From Lama guanicoe (Eukaryota): a stretch of 64,000 nucleotides of DNA. The stretch is from positions 2,108,001 through 2,172,000 of the forward strand of contig MU054212.1 in NCBI GenBank assembly GCA_013239625.1, in the 5' to 3' direction. Position numbers and translations under genes: made by a program. Below, piece after piece: positions 9,301 to 20,860 of this stretch (positions are counted from its first letter, which is position 1; the number at the start of each line of letters is the position of its first letter). The notes beneath the pieces were generated by a model. It was not told the origin of the DNA. It was given only the letters and a program-made list of their open reading frames with translations, and did not search any database.

Positions 9301-12300
9301 AAAGGAATTCTGTGTCTATGAAAACTGACCTCAAAGGAATTATTTACAGAAAACATACTGGGTACCAATACAAGTAAATCCTCAATTTAAAATGTCCGTT
9401 ACAAAACATAAATCTCTTTGCTAAGTTTTAAGTCAGTGTCAAAAGTTGCAATCTGAAGTCTAAGCTAATTACAAAGGAGCTACTCTATTCATGATTTTAT
9501 AAAACTATCCTAAACGTATGTTTTACTTTCTTTTACTTATCTATACCATGTAACAATTTCATATTAACATTTTCAGATTGTTCTACAGATTGGTTCCAGA
9601 TTTTTTAAGTATTGCAAGTTTATCTCAAATCTAAGTGTAGTATCTGCCTGTGTATTATGCTGTGTTACTTCCCAGAAGTTTCCTTTTAAGGAAGATCATT
9701 TAGAAAGACCTTTTAAAGTCATATGAAGGGGTGAAGTGCCATCAAAAGCCATCTGCGTCTACTGTGTAAGTGTCTGTGTGTGTGTTTAAAATATCAATGT
9801 TTTTATATATAAAACATAAAATATAAAATACGTGTTTTATATACACACACTAATATATTAAAGTTAGAACAATATATGAGGGGCTTTTCAATTAACATTT
9901 GTTGACAGATGTTTATCAACATTTGTGCAAAATATCACTGATACATGTGGAGAGGCAGTGTTTTTAGTACACAGGAACGATTATCTATTCCCAGTTCTGT
10001 TACTTGTCTACCATGTAATCCTCAATAAATTACTGATATCCATTCTCTATACCCACAACCCCCACCTCTTAATCTATGACATGAGTAGTAATATTTGACT
10101 ACAAAAGCATTTAAGAACTTCACATGGAACAGTTTGTACTAAATACATAAACATAGCAATGTATTTTGCCATTATGAATAAATTCTGTTTTCAATCTTTT
10201 TTTTACTAAGTTTTATTAATTTGACTTTTTTCTTTCATAAAATGTGAGTCATTAAAGTCTCCTTTTAAAATTTCTGATATACATGCATAAGTACTTTTCT
10301 ATATTGTGGTGAACTATATCAAGAAAAATGTTTTAAAAATGCACAGTATACAATCATTTATGTTGTACTACACTAATGTAATACAGTGAAATTTTAAAAA
10401 TTTAATTACAACATGTATAGAAACATTTAAATCTCAGTGTTTGCCACTGTCATCTTTTTTGAGGTTTTTATAACTACCCCAAAGGTCCTTGTTGACCCAC
10501 TGAAACAATAAAAAAGGTGAGAAGATCCTTTCTTTGCAATAGAAGATGTGAAAAGAGAGATCTTGCACTAGAATGAATATAAGGTACCTTTGAAGGTATC
10601 TTTAAAAGGTGAGGCATCATCTCAAAAAAACACATTGCAGCAAATTAGAAAAACCAGGTGGTATTCATCTGAGAATTCTAAAGAATTTAAGGCTATAGGT
10701 AAGTGATCTACTAACAAAAATGAGCATGTATCATTGAAAGAGACCATAAAGGAAAAAACAGTTGATAGAAATTGACTCTATCTTTTTAATGTTGCTAATA
10801 TTATGTACTTGTAGAACTTACTGGCACAAAGTAATCACTGTAATCAGAGCTATAAGATTTATATATAATGAAATTTAAAAAGGAGTAACACTTCTTAAAA
10901 TAGCAAATTATGTTTCCCTCATTTTGAAAAATGTATAATAAACTATTTATGATATTGTATCTAGATAATGATGCCTATGGATAAATATTTTTAATTTAGG
11001 TATTATACACAAATGAATGAATTTTACACATTTGAAATGGAACATGTAATTTGTTTTATACTTAAAATTTTATACAAATGGATATCTCTAGTTGCTATAA
11101 TTAAATAATTATCATTAAATTTTAATTATTATTAAAATACCAGAATATCTGGTTAACACTGTAGTTCACAAAACCCAAAATTTTGGTCATTAAAACCTGG
11201 AGATAATTAAAAGAAACCCTATACCAGTAAGTGGTAATTATACTTAATAAAAAGAATAAAATTCAAATTTAAAAGTTAGACGCTATACATGGCAAAGAAA
11301 AATGTAGCTATCTGTGAACACCAGCTATTTGGAAGTTATTTTTTTTTAATTATATAGATACCTCTTTGTTGTGATATAATGCTGGCAGAAGAGACGGATG
11401 AATCATATTCCTCTTTAAAAGAAATGATCTATATCATGCCTTTGTCGCATCTTATTTTCAGAGAATGCAAACACTAATCTCATTTTAACATCAAATAATT
11501 TTTGAGAATTTTTTTAGACTTTTTATAAAGCTAGGGTTTCAGAAAAGGGGAGATGGTCATATTGTAGACTTTTTAATGTTACAGTGAGAGATATATTGCA
11601 CACTAATGGCATGATATAAAAACAGAACTTTTATGTGTAAGGATTTTTCTCATATGTGTTTGGAAATTGTTTGGAGTTAAATAGAATAAGCTGTTTGCTA
11701 TCCTGCAGTTTGGAAATGGACGCTCTGTGTTATATGGGTTAATACTTTTCAAAGAATTAGAACACACTAAACTCATTTATCTGAGAAGTTTTATTGAACA
11801 GCATCTAACCTGTCTTTGATGATTCAGAAGGTACTTCATAAAATTTTGGTATCTTTGAATTAATATTTATAAACCTTCATTACCACAATAATTAAGACCT
11901 GCAGAGGTAACAATTAATGGAGAATTCTGATGAGAGAGAGAATGTCAAACCAACTAAGCTTTAACTGTGTACAGACTTTCTATTCTTGTCTGCTTACAGT
12001 GCCATCATTACTATTTTTAATTTTGATGGCTTCATTCTCATAAATGTAAAATTCCCAAATTCAAAATTAAATAAATGTCATTGAATATAAGTTATTCTAA
12101 CCTCTGTTTGTCCCCATTTCTATGTATTAGACCATACAAGGTCCTCTGAATATTCATGGTCATAACTCTACGCTTGGTAATTTCCAAAGAAACTCATCAG
12201 GTTGATCAAAATATAAATGGAGAAGTAAATGGATACTGATAGGAAAGAGAAAAGGAGTGATCATTCCCTGTCTCACCTTTGACACCACATGGACAGATGC

Positions 12301-13250
12301 TTCTAATGTTATGTGACCGTCTACACTGGGACTCTCATCGACTCAGTTCACAGTAGATGAGAGTCAATATTCTTTCAAAGAAAATATTCTAACCATTACA
12401 GTTCCTATCACTTTTATGTATAGTTCTTTGGCCCTTATTCATGGATTGTCATTTCTTCTTTAAAATGACACTATTCTCTTTGGCCAAGGGGTTTCCAAAC
12501 CCACACTTGTTCTTTTTGACTGATATTATCAGGCCAGTGCAAACCCTAAAAACTCCATATATTTGCAAAATACATCAGCTTCTATTTCACATCATTTTTT
12601 CCTATCTATAACATTCAAACTTTACATTATTTGAACAGTTTCCCCTTAGGTTATCTGTATGGTATTATCCAGCTGGGGTATTGAAATCCCTCCTCTTTAC
12701 GTCCCACATGAAAATGTTTATATTACTGTTTTGTTGTTTTCATATCCTGCCCTTTTCTAAGGGACTGCTTTTCTTTTCCTTTTAAAGGGCATTGAACCCT
12801 CCCACTATCATTCAAAGCAAGGAACATGAAACTTAAAATGTTTTCCCAATCTTCTTCCTTCTTTTCTTTATTTTTTATTAAAATTGCAACATAAAAATGT
12901 CACTCGGAAGAAAAAGCTTTGGGTTCATCATTCCCAGCTCCCCTTCCCTGGGAAGAGACTACATTGCCTTTTAATCATGTTAGCCTTGCTTTTCCATAAG
13001 GCAATAAAAAAAAAAAACAGTCTCAACAGAGGTTACCAGTTATAACTTAGGTATAAAAAAATGAAATTTAAAATGTTTGATGAGAGAATCAGCTCCATAG
13101 GGACCCCCACCACCCATATTTCCCAAGTTTTTATTTTCTCCTTGCCTTCTTCTAATCTCTCTTCTTAATTTTGTCTTGCGTGATTCTTTTCCCCAAACAT
13201 ACCCTTAGGATTTTCAAGGGGATTGCTTTCCTAATTTTTCCATTTTTGGT

Positions 13251-13413
13251 GGGGAGGCTATATAGTTCAAGTGGTAGAGCACATGCTTAGCATGTACAAG
13301 GTCCTGGGTTCAATCTCCATTACTTCCTCTAAATATAAATAAATACGTAAACCTAATTACTCCCCTACCAAAAAAAACCCCCAAAAAAACAAAAAAACAA
13401 ACAAACAAAAAAA
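13251..13413 (+). mobile_element. tRNA-derived SINE, Vic-1-like (camelid)
   Basis: GGGGAGG..TATAGTTCAAGTGGTAGAGC (A box), GGTTCAATCTCC (B box), an AT-rich body AAATAAATA..AACCTAATTAC and an A-rich tail. Confidence 0.85.
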
Positions 13414-14242
13414 CGACAGGCCTATGTATAGTACTCAAGCATTCTAAAATATTCCTAATTCTCCTTTTCTTTCTTCTTTCTTACCAGCATGCTTCTGCAT
13501 TTATTTTCTATTGACTCTGTACTCTAACCATCTACAAATATTCGTTACAGCTGAAAGTCTCAATCAAACTTTTCCTCTGATGCATCAACTGCATATGAAC
13601 TGAGTTCTATGAGATTATTTCCTATTTCTTATTGACTAGATATATGGACTAGCTTTCAATTCACTGCATGATTTTCCAAATGGATATATTGCTGGCACAG
13701 AAACATGCCTACATAATCAATCTTATCTTCCTTCTTTAATGATTTTTACCTGCCTTCAAATTGGCTGGTTCCTCCAATCACATTTCTTCAATCTCCATCT
13801 CATACATTTGGATGTTAAAACCCTACACTCTCACGGTTTAACACTAAATCATGCCCTGTTATGGGGAATGCCTTCTTCTGAGTATTCCCTAGAAACTCTA
13901 CCTACCCGCTTCTGGTGAATGCAGAAAGTACCTTTCCCTTTTCTCCTCTTCACTGCAGGCTGACTGTTGCATCAGCTATTCATGCATATACTGCTTGTAG
14001 TCAGGCTGTGTAAATTCTGGCAGAAGATTTTACAGGAGAGAATCTGTTGGCCTAAGGTTCAAACTTCTCGCATCCCTCTGTTTATTCTTAAGAAACATTT
14101 CCAGCAACTTGTTTTGCATGGACTCCATTAAAGCTTTACTTTTTCCTGAAAGCCTTCCTTGATTCCATACTCTCTCCTGCTTTCCCACCATCAGCCTCCA
14201 TGCAGCTGAAGTACCCGCGGAAATCGTGCGTATTTATCATGG

Positions 14243-14640
14243 TGTACGGAGCAGCTTCCAAGATAGCTCCCAGGGATCCTGCCTTCTGGTATTCACAACT
14301 GCCATCCCAACCCCTGAGTGTGAGCTGCACCTAGTGGGCTGCTTTGAACAGATACAACAGGACAAAAATGATGGGATGCTACTTCTGAGTTCAGATGACA
14401 GAAGTGCCTCTCTCCCAGGCTTTTCCTGCTTGCTTAATCCAAGAGAATCCAACAGCCCATGAGAGACTGAATGCTGCCAGAGACCACATGAGTGAGCTTG
14501 GAAATGGCTTCTTCTCCAGTCAAGCCTTTAGCTGAAACACCACCCCCAATCTTTGTTGCAACCTTGTGAGAGACTTATAGCCAAAAGACCCAGCTAGGCT
14601 GCCCCCAGATCCTGACTCACAGAAACTGTGAGATATCTGA
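14243..14640 (+). mobile_element. MaLR LTR (MLT1D/E/F-like), degraded
   Basis: Typical MLT1 segments: ccttctggtattcac, gtgagcttggaa, caaccttgtgagagac, cctgactcacagaaactgtgagata. Confidence 0.7.
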
Positions 14641-14841
14641 CTCTTTCGTTAGCCTGTATGAGCAGTGACAGTGTCCTAATGAAGTAGTCAGCTCTGTTTC
14701 CTCAGGATCTGGCATAATGCCTGAACCATCATAATACTTGCTCAAAAATATGTATTGAAAAAATGATCTAATGAGGAGTTCCCATTTCTACACAACTTCT
14801 TTAATCACCACTGCCGATAAGTTGGTGTACCAGCTGAGTTC

Positions 14842-15198
14842 TGTCTTAGTCTGTTCAGGTTTCTGTAACAGACTACCATAGACTGGGTGACTTTTAAACA
14901 GCAGAAATGTATTTTTTACAGTTCTGGAAGCTGGAAGTCTAAGATCAAGGCACCAGCGGATTCAGTGTCCTGTGAGGCCCTGCCTCCTAGTACATAGATG
15001 GCCATCTTCTTGCTGTGACCTCGTGAGATAAAGGGCAAGGGATCTGTTTTATGAGGGCACTAATCCCATTCATGAGGGATCCACCATCATGACCTAATGG
15101 CCTCCCAAAGGCCCCACCTCCAAATACCATCACATTGGGCACTAAGATTTAACATATGAATTTGGGGGCAGGGGACACAAACATTCAGTCTGTGTAAC
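14842..15198 (-). mobile_element. MaLR LTR, MLT1A/MLT1A0-like solo LTR
   Basis: tgtcttagtctgttcagg...cagttctggaagctggaagtctaagatcaagg...gggcactaatcccattcatgaggg...ggacacaaacattcagtc. Confidence 0.85.
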
Positions 15199-16624
15199 TA
15201 ATTTAGGCAAACTTAAGCAGGAAAGCTATCTATTGAAAGGGTAATGGGTAGCTCAGAGAATCCAAGAAGGCTAGAGAAGGATGTTCACAGAAGGCACCAG
15301 CACCAAGAGAGGCTACAGTTGATCACAGCTCAGCCAAGTCCTGCCCTGGGGACGCTGGTCAGGACATGACGTTGCAGGGCACCTGGGCGCTGCCAGGCTT
15401 TGGATTCCACTGCCGCCACCGTGCATTTTACATCCTTCCCTCAAGACCTCAGGTTCAGAGTGGGGTATCGGCTGGCGGAGCTGAGCCGCCTCTGTCCCCT
15501 GCCAGGGTGCAAAGGAAAGGACTGTCTGCCTACCTGTCAGTAGAGGGAGGTGAGTTACCACCTCTGTCCAAAATCACCAAAGCGATGTTTCCCCAAACAG
15601 GGAGGGAATCCGATGGTTGGCGGGGGGGGGGTGCCCAAAATGAGAAATGGTCATGCCATTGAACAAATTCTTCCTAAATTCAGTAGGAAACCCGTCCATT
15701 AGAGGAGAAGTTCTTTCCTTAGGAAGCTTTAGCATCCTCTTTTAGGTAATTTTGTTTTTCTTTTTAAACTTTCTCACCATATGGATTCCCTTTTTAGCAC
15801 AAATCCTCTACAATAAGTCCATGTGGAAATGTGAAGCTCTGTTCCTTTCTTGCCCCCTACTCGGCTTCTATTGCGGTCCATTTTCTAGTCAGGTGTGTGA
15901 AGAAGAGAAAGAGCATGTTTATATGTTTTCTTTTCTCAGGTATGAAAGAGCCTAGATTAACGCTTTTAGTCTAAAGAAATGTACTTACAAAGCGCCCAGT
16001 GCTGGACCTGGCACCCACTGTAAAGCCAATGACCAGCACTTGCCTTCTGTCACATGTGTTTTCCAAGAGCAACCTGAGCTTTTCCTCCTCTGAGGTTTTG
16101 TAAATGGTACCTCCATACCTGTGGAACTAACTATTATGAATATTCATTTTCTCTGCTCTTATATTCTCTCTTTATTTTCAACCCACACAAAAACTCACCC
16201 ACTAATCCCAACCCTCATAACCCCTCTATTTTCTTCCTTTATAGTATCACTTGCAACTTGCTTTTTGGTTCTCATATTTCTCCAACCTTGTGGTAGAGAC
16301 AGAATGTCCCACGGACCCCGTTTTGCTTGTTTTCTGGGATTTTTCTTGAGCTCCTCTCCCTGGCCCCCATCTCTGCTTGTTCCCAGTGCCTCTACCTTTC
16401 AAGTTGCTGGTTTTCTCTAGTTTTCTTTCCCTCTTAACATTCTCTGTCTCTGGGTTTGCTTTATTTTTTCTGCATAACCATCTTAAAAGTTCTTTCTCTG
16501 AGTCTTCTCTATTTGAACCTCGTGTCTGAACCTCTATCTTAATTGAAGAACTCTCCAAGATCATTTTCCTTTTTTCTCTTTTTCTGCCTGTTTTGCTTTC
16601 TATCAACTGTAATTTTAAACCACA

Positions 16625-16965
16625 CATTACTAATTCAACACACGTTTATCATGTATTTATCCTGTGACTACAACTGCATGGGGTGTCAAGGAGGCCAAAA
16701 AGAACAAACCAAAATTCTGCCCCAGGAGTTCAAGACCCAGCAAAGAAGGGAAACTTAAAACAGAAACAACAAAAACAAAACACCACTTTAATACAAAGTG
16801 GTAAGCACGATGCTAAGAGGCGAAACAAAGATGCTCGAGAATGCAGTAAACCGAGAGGTTGATTCTGCCTGAGAAGGTTAAAGCAGCCCTCACAGAAGTG
16901 ACGTTCAGCCCGGGTCTTGAAGGGTGAGTAGGATTTTGCCAGACAGAAGTGGGGAACGCTATTTC
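16625..16965 (-). mobile_element. LINE-2 3' fragment
   Basis: attcaacac..tttat, cccaggagttcaag, gggtcttgaagggtgagtaggattttgccag. Confidence 0.6.
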
Positions 16966-18479
16966 AGGTTCATAGCTGAGTAAGGTCAGAGGTTTTGTAG
17001 GCTGCTCGCCAGAGGATGTGTCAGGGCTGAAATTCACCGCACGTTGTGCATGTCACTGCTGGCACCCGGGTGCAGGGCTGTGTCTGCCCAGGAGAAGGAG
17101 CACAAAGAAATCACATGGGCTGGCGGCACGACAGTGCATGGTTTATAAGAAGCAAATACTAGGCAGCCTATCATTTTTGCCCTTTTGCTCCTGTCTCTGT
17201 ACTTGAAACCCCTAATCATGAGCTTTTCCAAATGTAAATTCTTCTTAGATCAATATACACAGCATGTGTGTGGCCAACCTCAGAACCTGCAGTGCCTCCA
17301 GGCAAATGGGTTATTCCATTCTTTTCTTTCTTCCATTTATGTTTCTCAATACACATAATGGTACAGTATCTCCTAGCCAGACAAATATCTCATCTACAGC
17401 TACTGTTTCCAAATAAATGTTTATTGTCCTTGACTTAGGGCTAGAATTAAAGCTAGTAGCACAGATTTCAGTCTCAAGTTCTGTCTTTTTTGCCTTCTTT
17501 TTTCCTTTCTATATTGTTCTCCCAAAAGAAAATTTTGGAAAAGTGGTCCACTTCTAAACCATCCCCCCACACATCCAGACTTTTGGAATTTTAATAAACC
17601 AGCCATCAGTTTAGACTTGAGAGAGATCTAAGAGGCATGAGAACTAACTTTATGCCTCTCACTGATACAGATACGAAATTTCAGGTGCTGAGGGATTTGT
17701 TACAAGTCATGGAGTCAGTTAACAGGAGAATCATTCCCAATTATTTTTTAAAAGATGTGTATAACATAGTTCCAACAGGGGCCATTACTGGAGTTCCCGT
17801 ATGGTTGATGAATCAGTCAGTCATCCTCATGTCAGATACTTAGCATGGGATACATTTTTCCTTTGCTAACTTTTTTTACGTTTAACGTTGGAACGTTTGG
17901 CGACCTAGGGAATGAATGCGTATTTCAACAAGTGGCCCTTTCTTGCGTTTTGCTTTCAGGTATTAAATTTCTCTCCTACTAGTTTTCCACACCTATGACT
18001 TTGGTCCTCTCTTTTTGTGAGGGCTTATGACTCGCTCCGTGACAGTTCTGCCAGTGCTGTTTAGAACTTCATCAGGCTCCTCCAGAATGACCCTGCTATT
18101 CTGCCTGGGCGGAAGTCCCCATGTTCCATCATTCAGCCACTTGCTGGCACCCTGACCACCTTCTTGCTGCCCCACTGACCCTCAGAGAGAGCAGGAGAGA
18201 AAGAGTCTCCTATGAGACAGAACTCCATCCCCCCACCCCACCCCCTGCCCCGCCACTTTGAGCCCTACCTTTCTTCCTTAGAGAGAATCTGTATTCATTT
18301 CTTTAGACAGGTCCAAACAAAGTTTCAGTTGTTAGAAATGATCTGGGGATAGCATATAAATAGAGCACTAATAGACATACAATTTAAAATATATACATAG
18401 GTGCCTTTATCATAATAACATTTTTATGTTTATCCCTTTGTCTCTCCAGTCCCAGAACTTCACCTTTATAAGATCTGCT

Positions 18480-18938
18480 TCAAGTGGCCAGAGCAGTCTC
18501 TCAAAAATACAATTCGGGTCATGTCACTTCTTGTTTAAAATTCTCCAACTGCTTTCCCATTGCAATTAGACCAGACTCCGGGCATCTAACCACAGCATAT
18601 ATGGCCCTGCAGGATATGGCCCCCTGCACCTCTCTGACTTCCTGCCTTCCCTCCCTCTTCTCCTACCTCACTGAACCCATGCTACACTGACCTTTTCATT
18701 TCTCAAACATGCCAAACTCCTTCTCACCCCAGGGCCTTTGCACTTACTGTGCTCTCTGCCTGGAAGAGTCTGCCCCCAGAGTGTTTCCCGACTGCTCCTG
18801 GCTTGCATCCAGTACCCTCTGCACTGACTCTCTGCTCCATCACTTCTGTTCTGTTTTCTGTATTGTACTCACCACTACCTGAAATTGCCTTGTTCATGTA
18901 TTTGTTTGTTTGTTATTGTCGATCTCCTCCCTGTAGAA
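18480..18938 (+). mobile_element. LINE-2 (L2a-like) 3' fragment
   Basis: catgtcacttcttgtttaaaa, cagggcctttgcacttactgtgctctctgcctggaa, tatttgtttgtttgttattgtc. Confidence 0.75.
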
Positions 18939-19041
18939 CAGCACTGTCCAGGGGAACTTTCTGCAATAGTGAGCAAGTTCTCTAGGCTGCCCAGTGTGGC
19001 TACACGTGGCTATTGAGCACCTGAAACATGGCTAGTGAGAC
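18939..19041 (+). mobile_element. MER3-like hAT-Charlie fragment
   Basis: cagcactgtcca...actttctgcaatagtg...cacgtggctattgagcacctgaaacatggctagtg. Confidence 0.7.
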
Positions 19042-20014
19042 ACAAGTATGTTCTGTGTGGCTTCACCCAAGAAGTCAACAAAACTCTAGAAAATATCAGC
19101 AGTCTCTTGTATAAAGTCATTGGGTGTCTACGGCTGAAATATTGCTGTAATTCTGCTTACTTCACTTTAATAAAAGCCTAACAGAGCAGGGACAGGTCAG
19201 GCAAAAGGTGAATAAAATAAAATAATGATGGAAGGGTTTCTGCAGGGCAGCATTAGTGTGTCTGCCTTGTTGTGAGCTAGGTGGGGGTGGAGGAGGGGTC
19301 CTCTTTGGTGGACACAGCCCCCTGACTTTGGCCCCTTCCTTGCGGAGGACGGTGCAAGCTGGATTTGAGCCAGTGCTCTCTAGGGCCAGGCTGCAAAACC
19401 AAAAGGTTGGCCCAGTGTTTCTGCAAATGGTCAAAATTATTTGTGTTCTTCAGCCTACAATGATCTGAGTAGTGGGCAACTAGTCACACAATAACATTTT
19501 AAAAAACTATAAAGTATATGTTAAAAAAAATAGTATAAAGATAGAGACTGAGAAGGAGAGATAGGAGGGGATAAAGGGACAGTTGTTTCCCACCCTTGGA
19601 ACACTAGAAATAGGGGTACACTTTGAAACTGAATCTGCAGTGTTATAAACAAAAACAAGTTAAAACAAGAATTATTTGTTACAAATTAGCTTCTGAAATT
19701 TATACTTCTAAATTATAGGCTCAAATTTCTATCTTTTAAAGAAGCGTTCTAATAGATGATTACAGATTAAAAAAGCGTAATTCACCATTTAAAAATAATT
19801 TAATATTTCAAAATTCAGATCTGCATGATCTGAAGCCTGTGTTCCAGAAATCTGATGATCTGTTTCTATCTCAGGCCAATGACTATCTGTCTAGGACTCC
19901 GTTTTGGGGAGGTTGTCAATGAGCCCTGTCCTTCCTGACTCATCAGTTTTTCTCTGCCTTCTCCTTCCTTGATTCATCTGTGACATTTAGCTCTGATGAC
20001 CACCCACTCCCTGG

Positions 20015-20860
20015 AATTCAACAAACATTTTATAGAGAGCTTATTATGTGCCAGACACTGTGTAAAATCGCAAGGAAATAAAAATCCTTTCCCTCAAGGG
20101 GTTCATAGTTTTACTGGGAGGCAGGCATGTAAATAAGTAATTTCACTACAGTCTGATGAGTGTACAGGATACATGGTCTAGACCCTTAAGTGGCACAGAG
20201 AATGGAATGATTAACACCGTTTAGAGACAGAGAAGCAGGGATTTCTTTCCTAAGAACCCCAAATTTAAAGGATGGCCGAAATCTTGCTTGCCAGATACTG
20301 TAAAAGGCCTGGTATTTCAGGTATAAGAGAGGCATCATATAACAGATGGGAATGCGAACAAATGGAGAACTATAAGTCTGGTTGGTTAGGGTGAAAAGTG
20401 CAAAGGGAGGCCCAATAGGTGGGAAGGCTGCTCTGGGAGGCAGGACGGGAGCTGGAACCCGGAGCCTCTCCCAGGCTTTAAGCAGAGGAGTAACAGGATC
20501 AGAGTTGTGCTTCGGAAAGAGCACTATGGCAGGGCAGAGGGAAGGAGGGGAGAGAAGGGCAGAGATCAGGTAGGGACGTAGGGACGGTTGCAGTGAACCA
20601 GGCCTGTGCGGGTCAGAACTCTAATAATGGGCAGTGCCAGGAGGGGTAAGAGTAGCAGCTCATTCAGGGGTGACCCACGGACTGAACCTAAGCCTTGGTG
20701 ACTGGGAAGGTGGGCAAGGAAGGAAGTAACAAGGACTCACAGGTCTCTCACTCTGGCAGAACAGGGAATGCGAATGTCATCAACCAAATTAGGATGGAGC
20801 CAAAGCAGAACAAGTGTTGGCAAAGAGACAGTAAGCTTGGACTTGCTAATTTGAACAATG
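20015..20860 (-). mobile_element. LINE-2 fragment
   Basis: attcaacaaacatttt...tatgtgccagacactgtg...ccctcaaggggttcatagt...ggctttaagcagaggagtaacaggatcaga. Confidence 0.65.

Noticed and set aside
13251..13330. tRNA genes at 13251 (+) and 41120-41196 (-)
   Set aside because: The tRNA-like heads have broken acceptor stems and are followed by SINE body and A-rich tails, so they are SINEs rather than tRNA genes.
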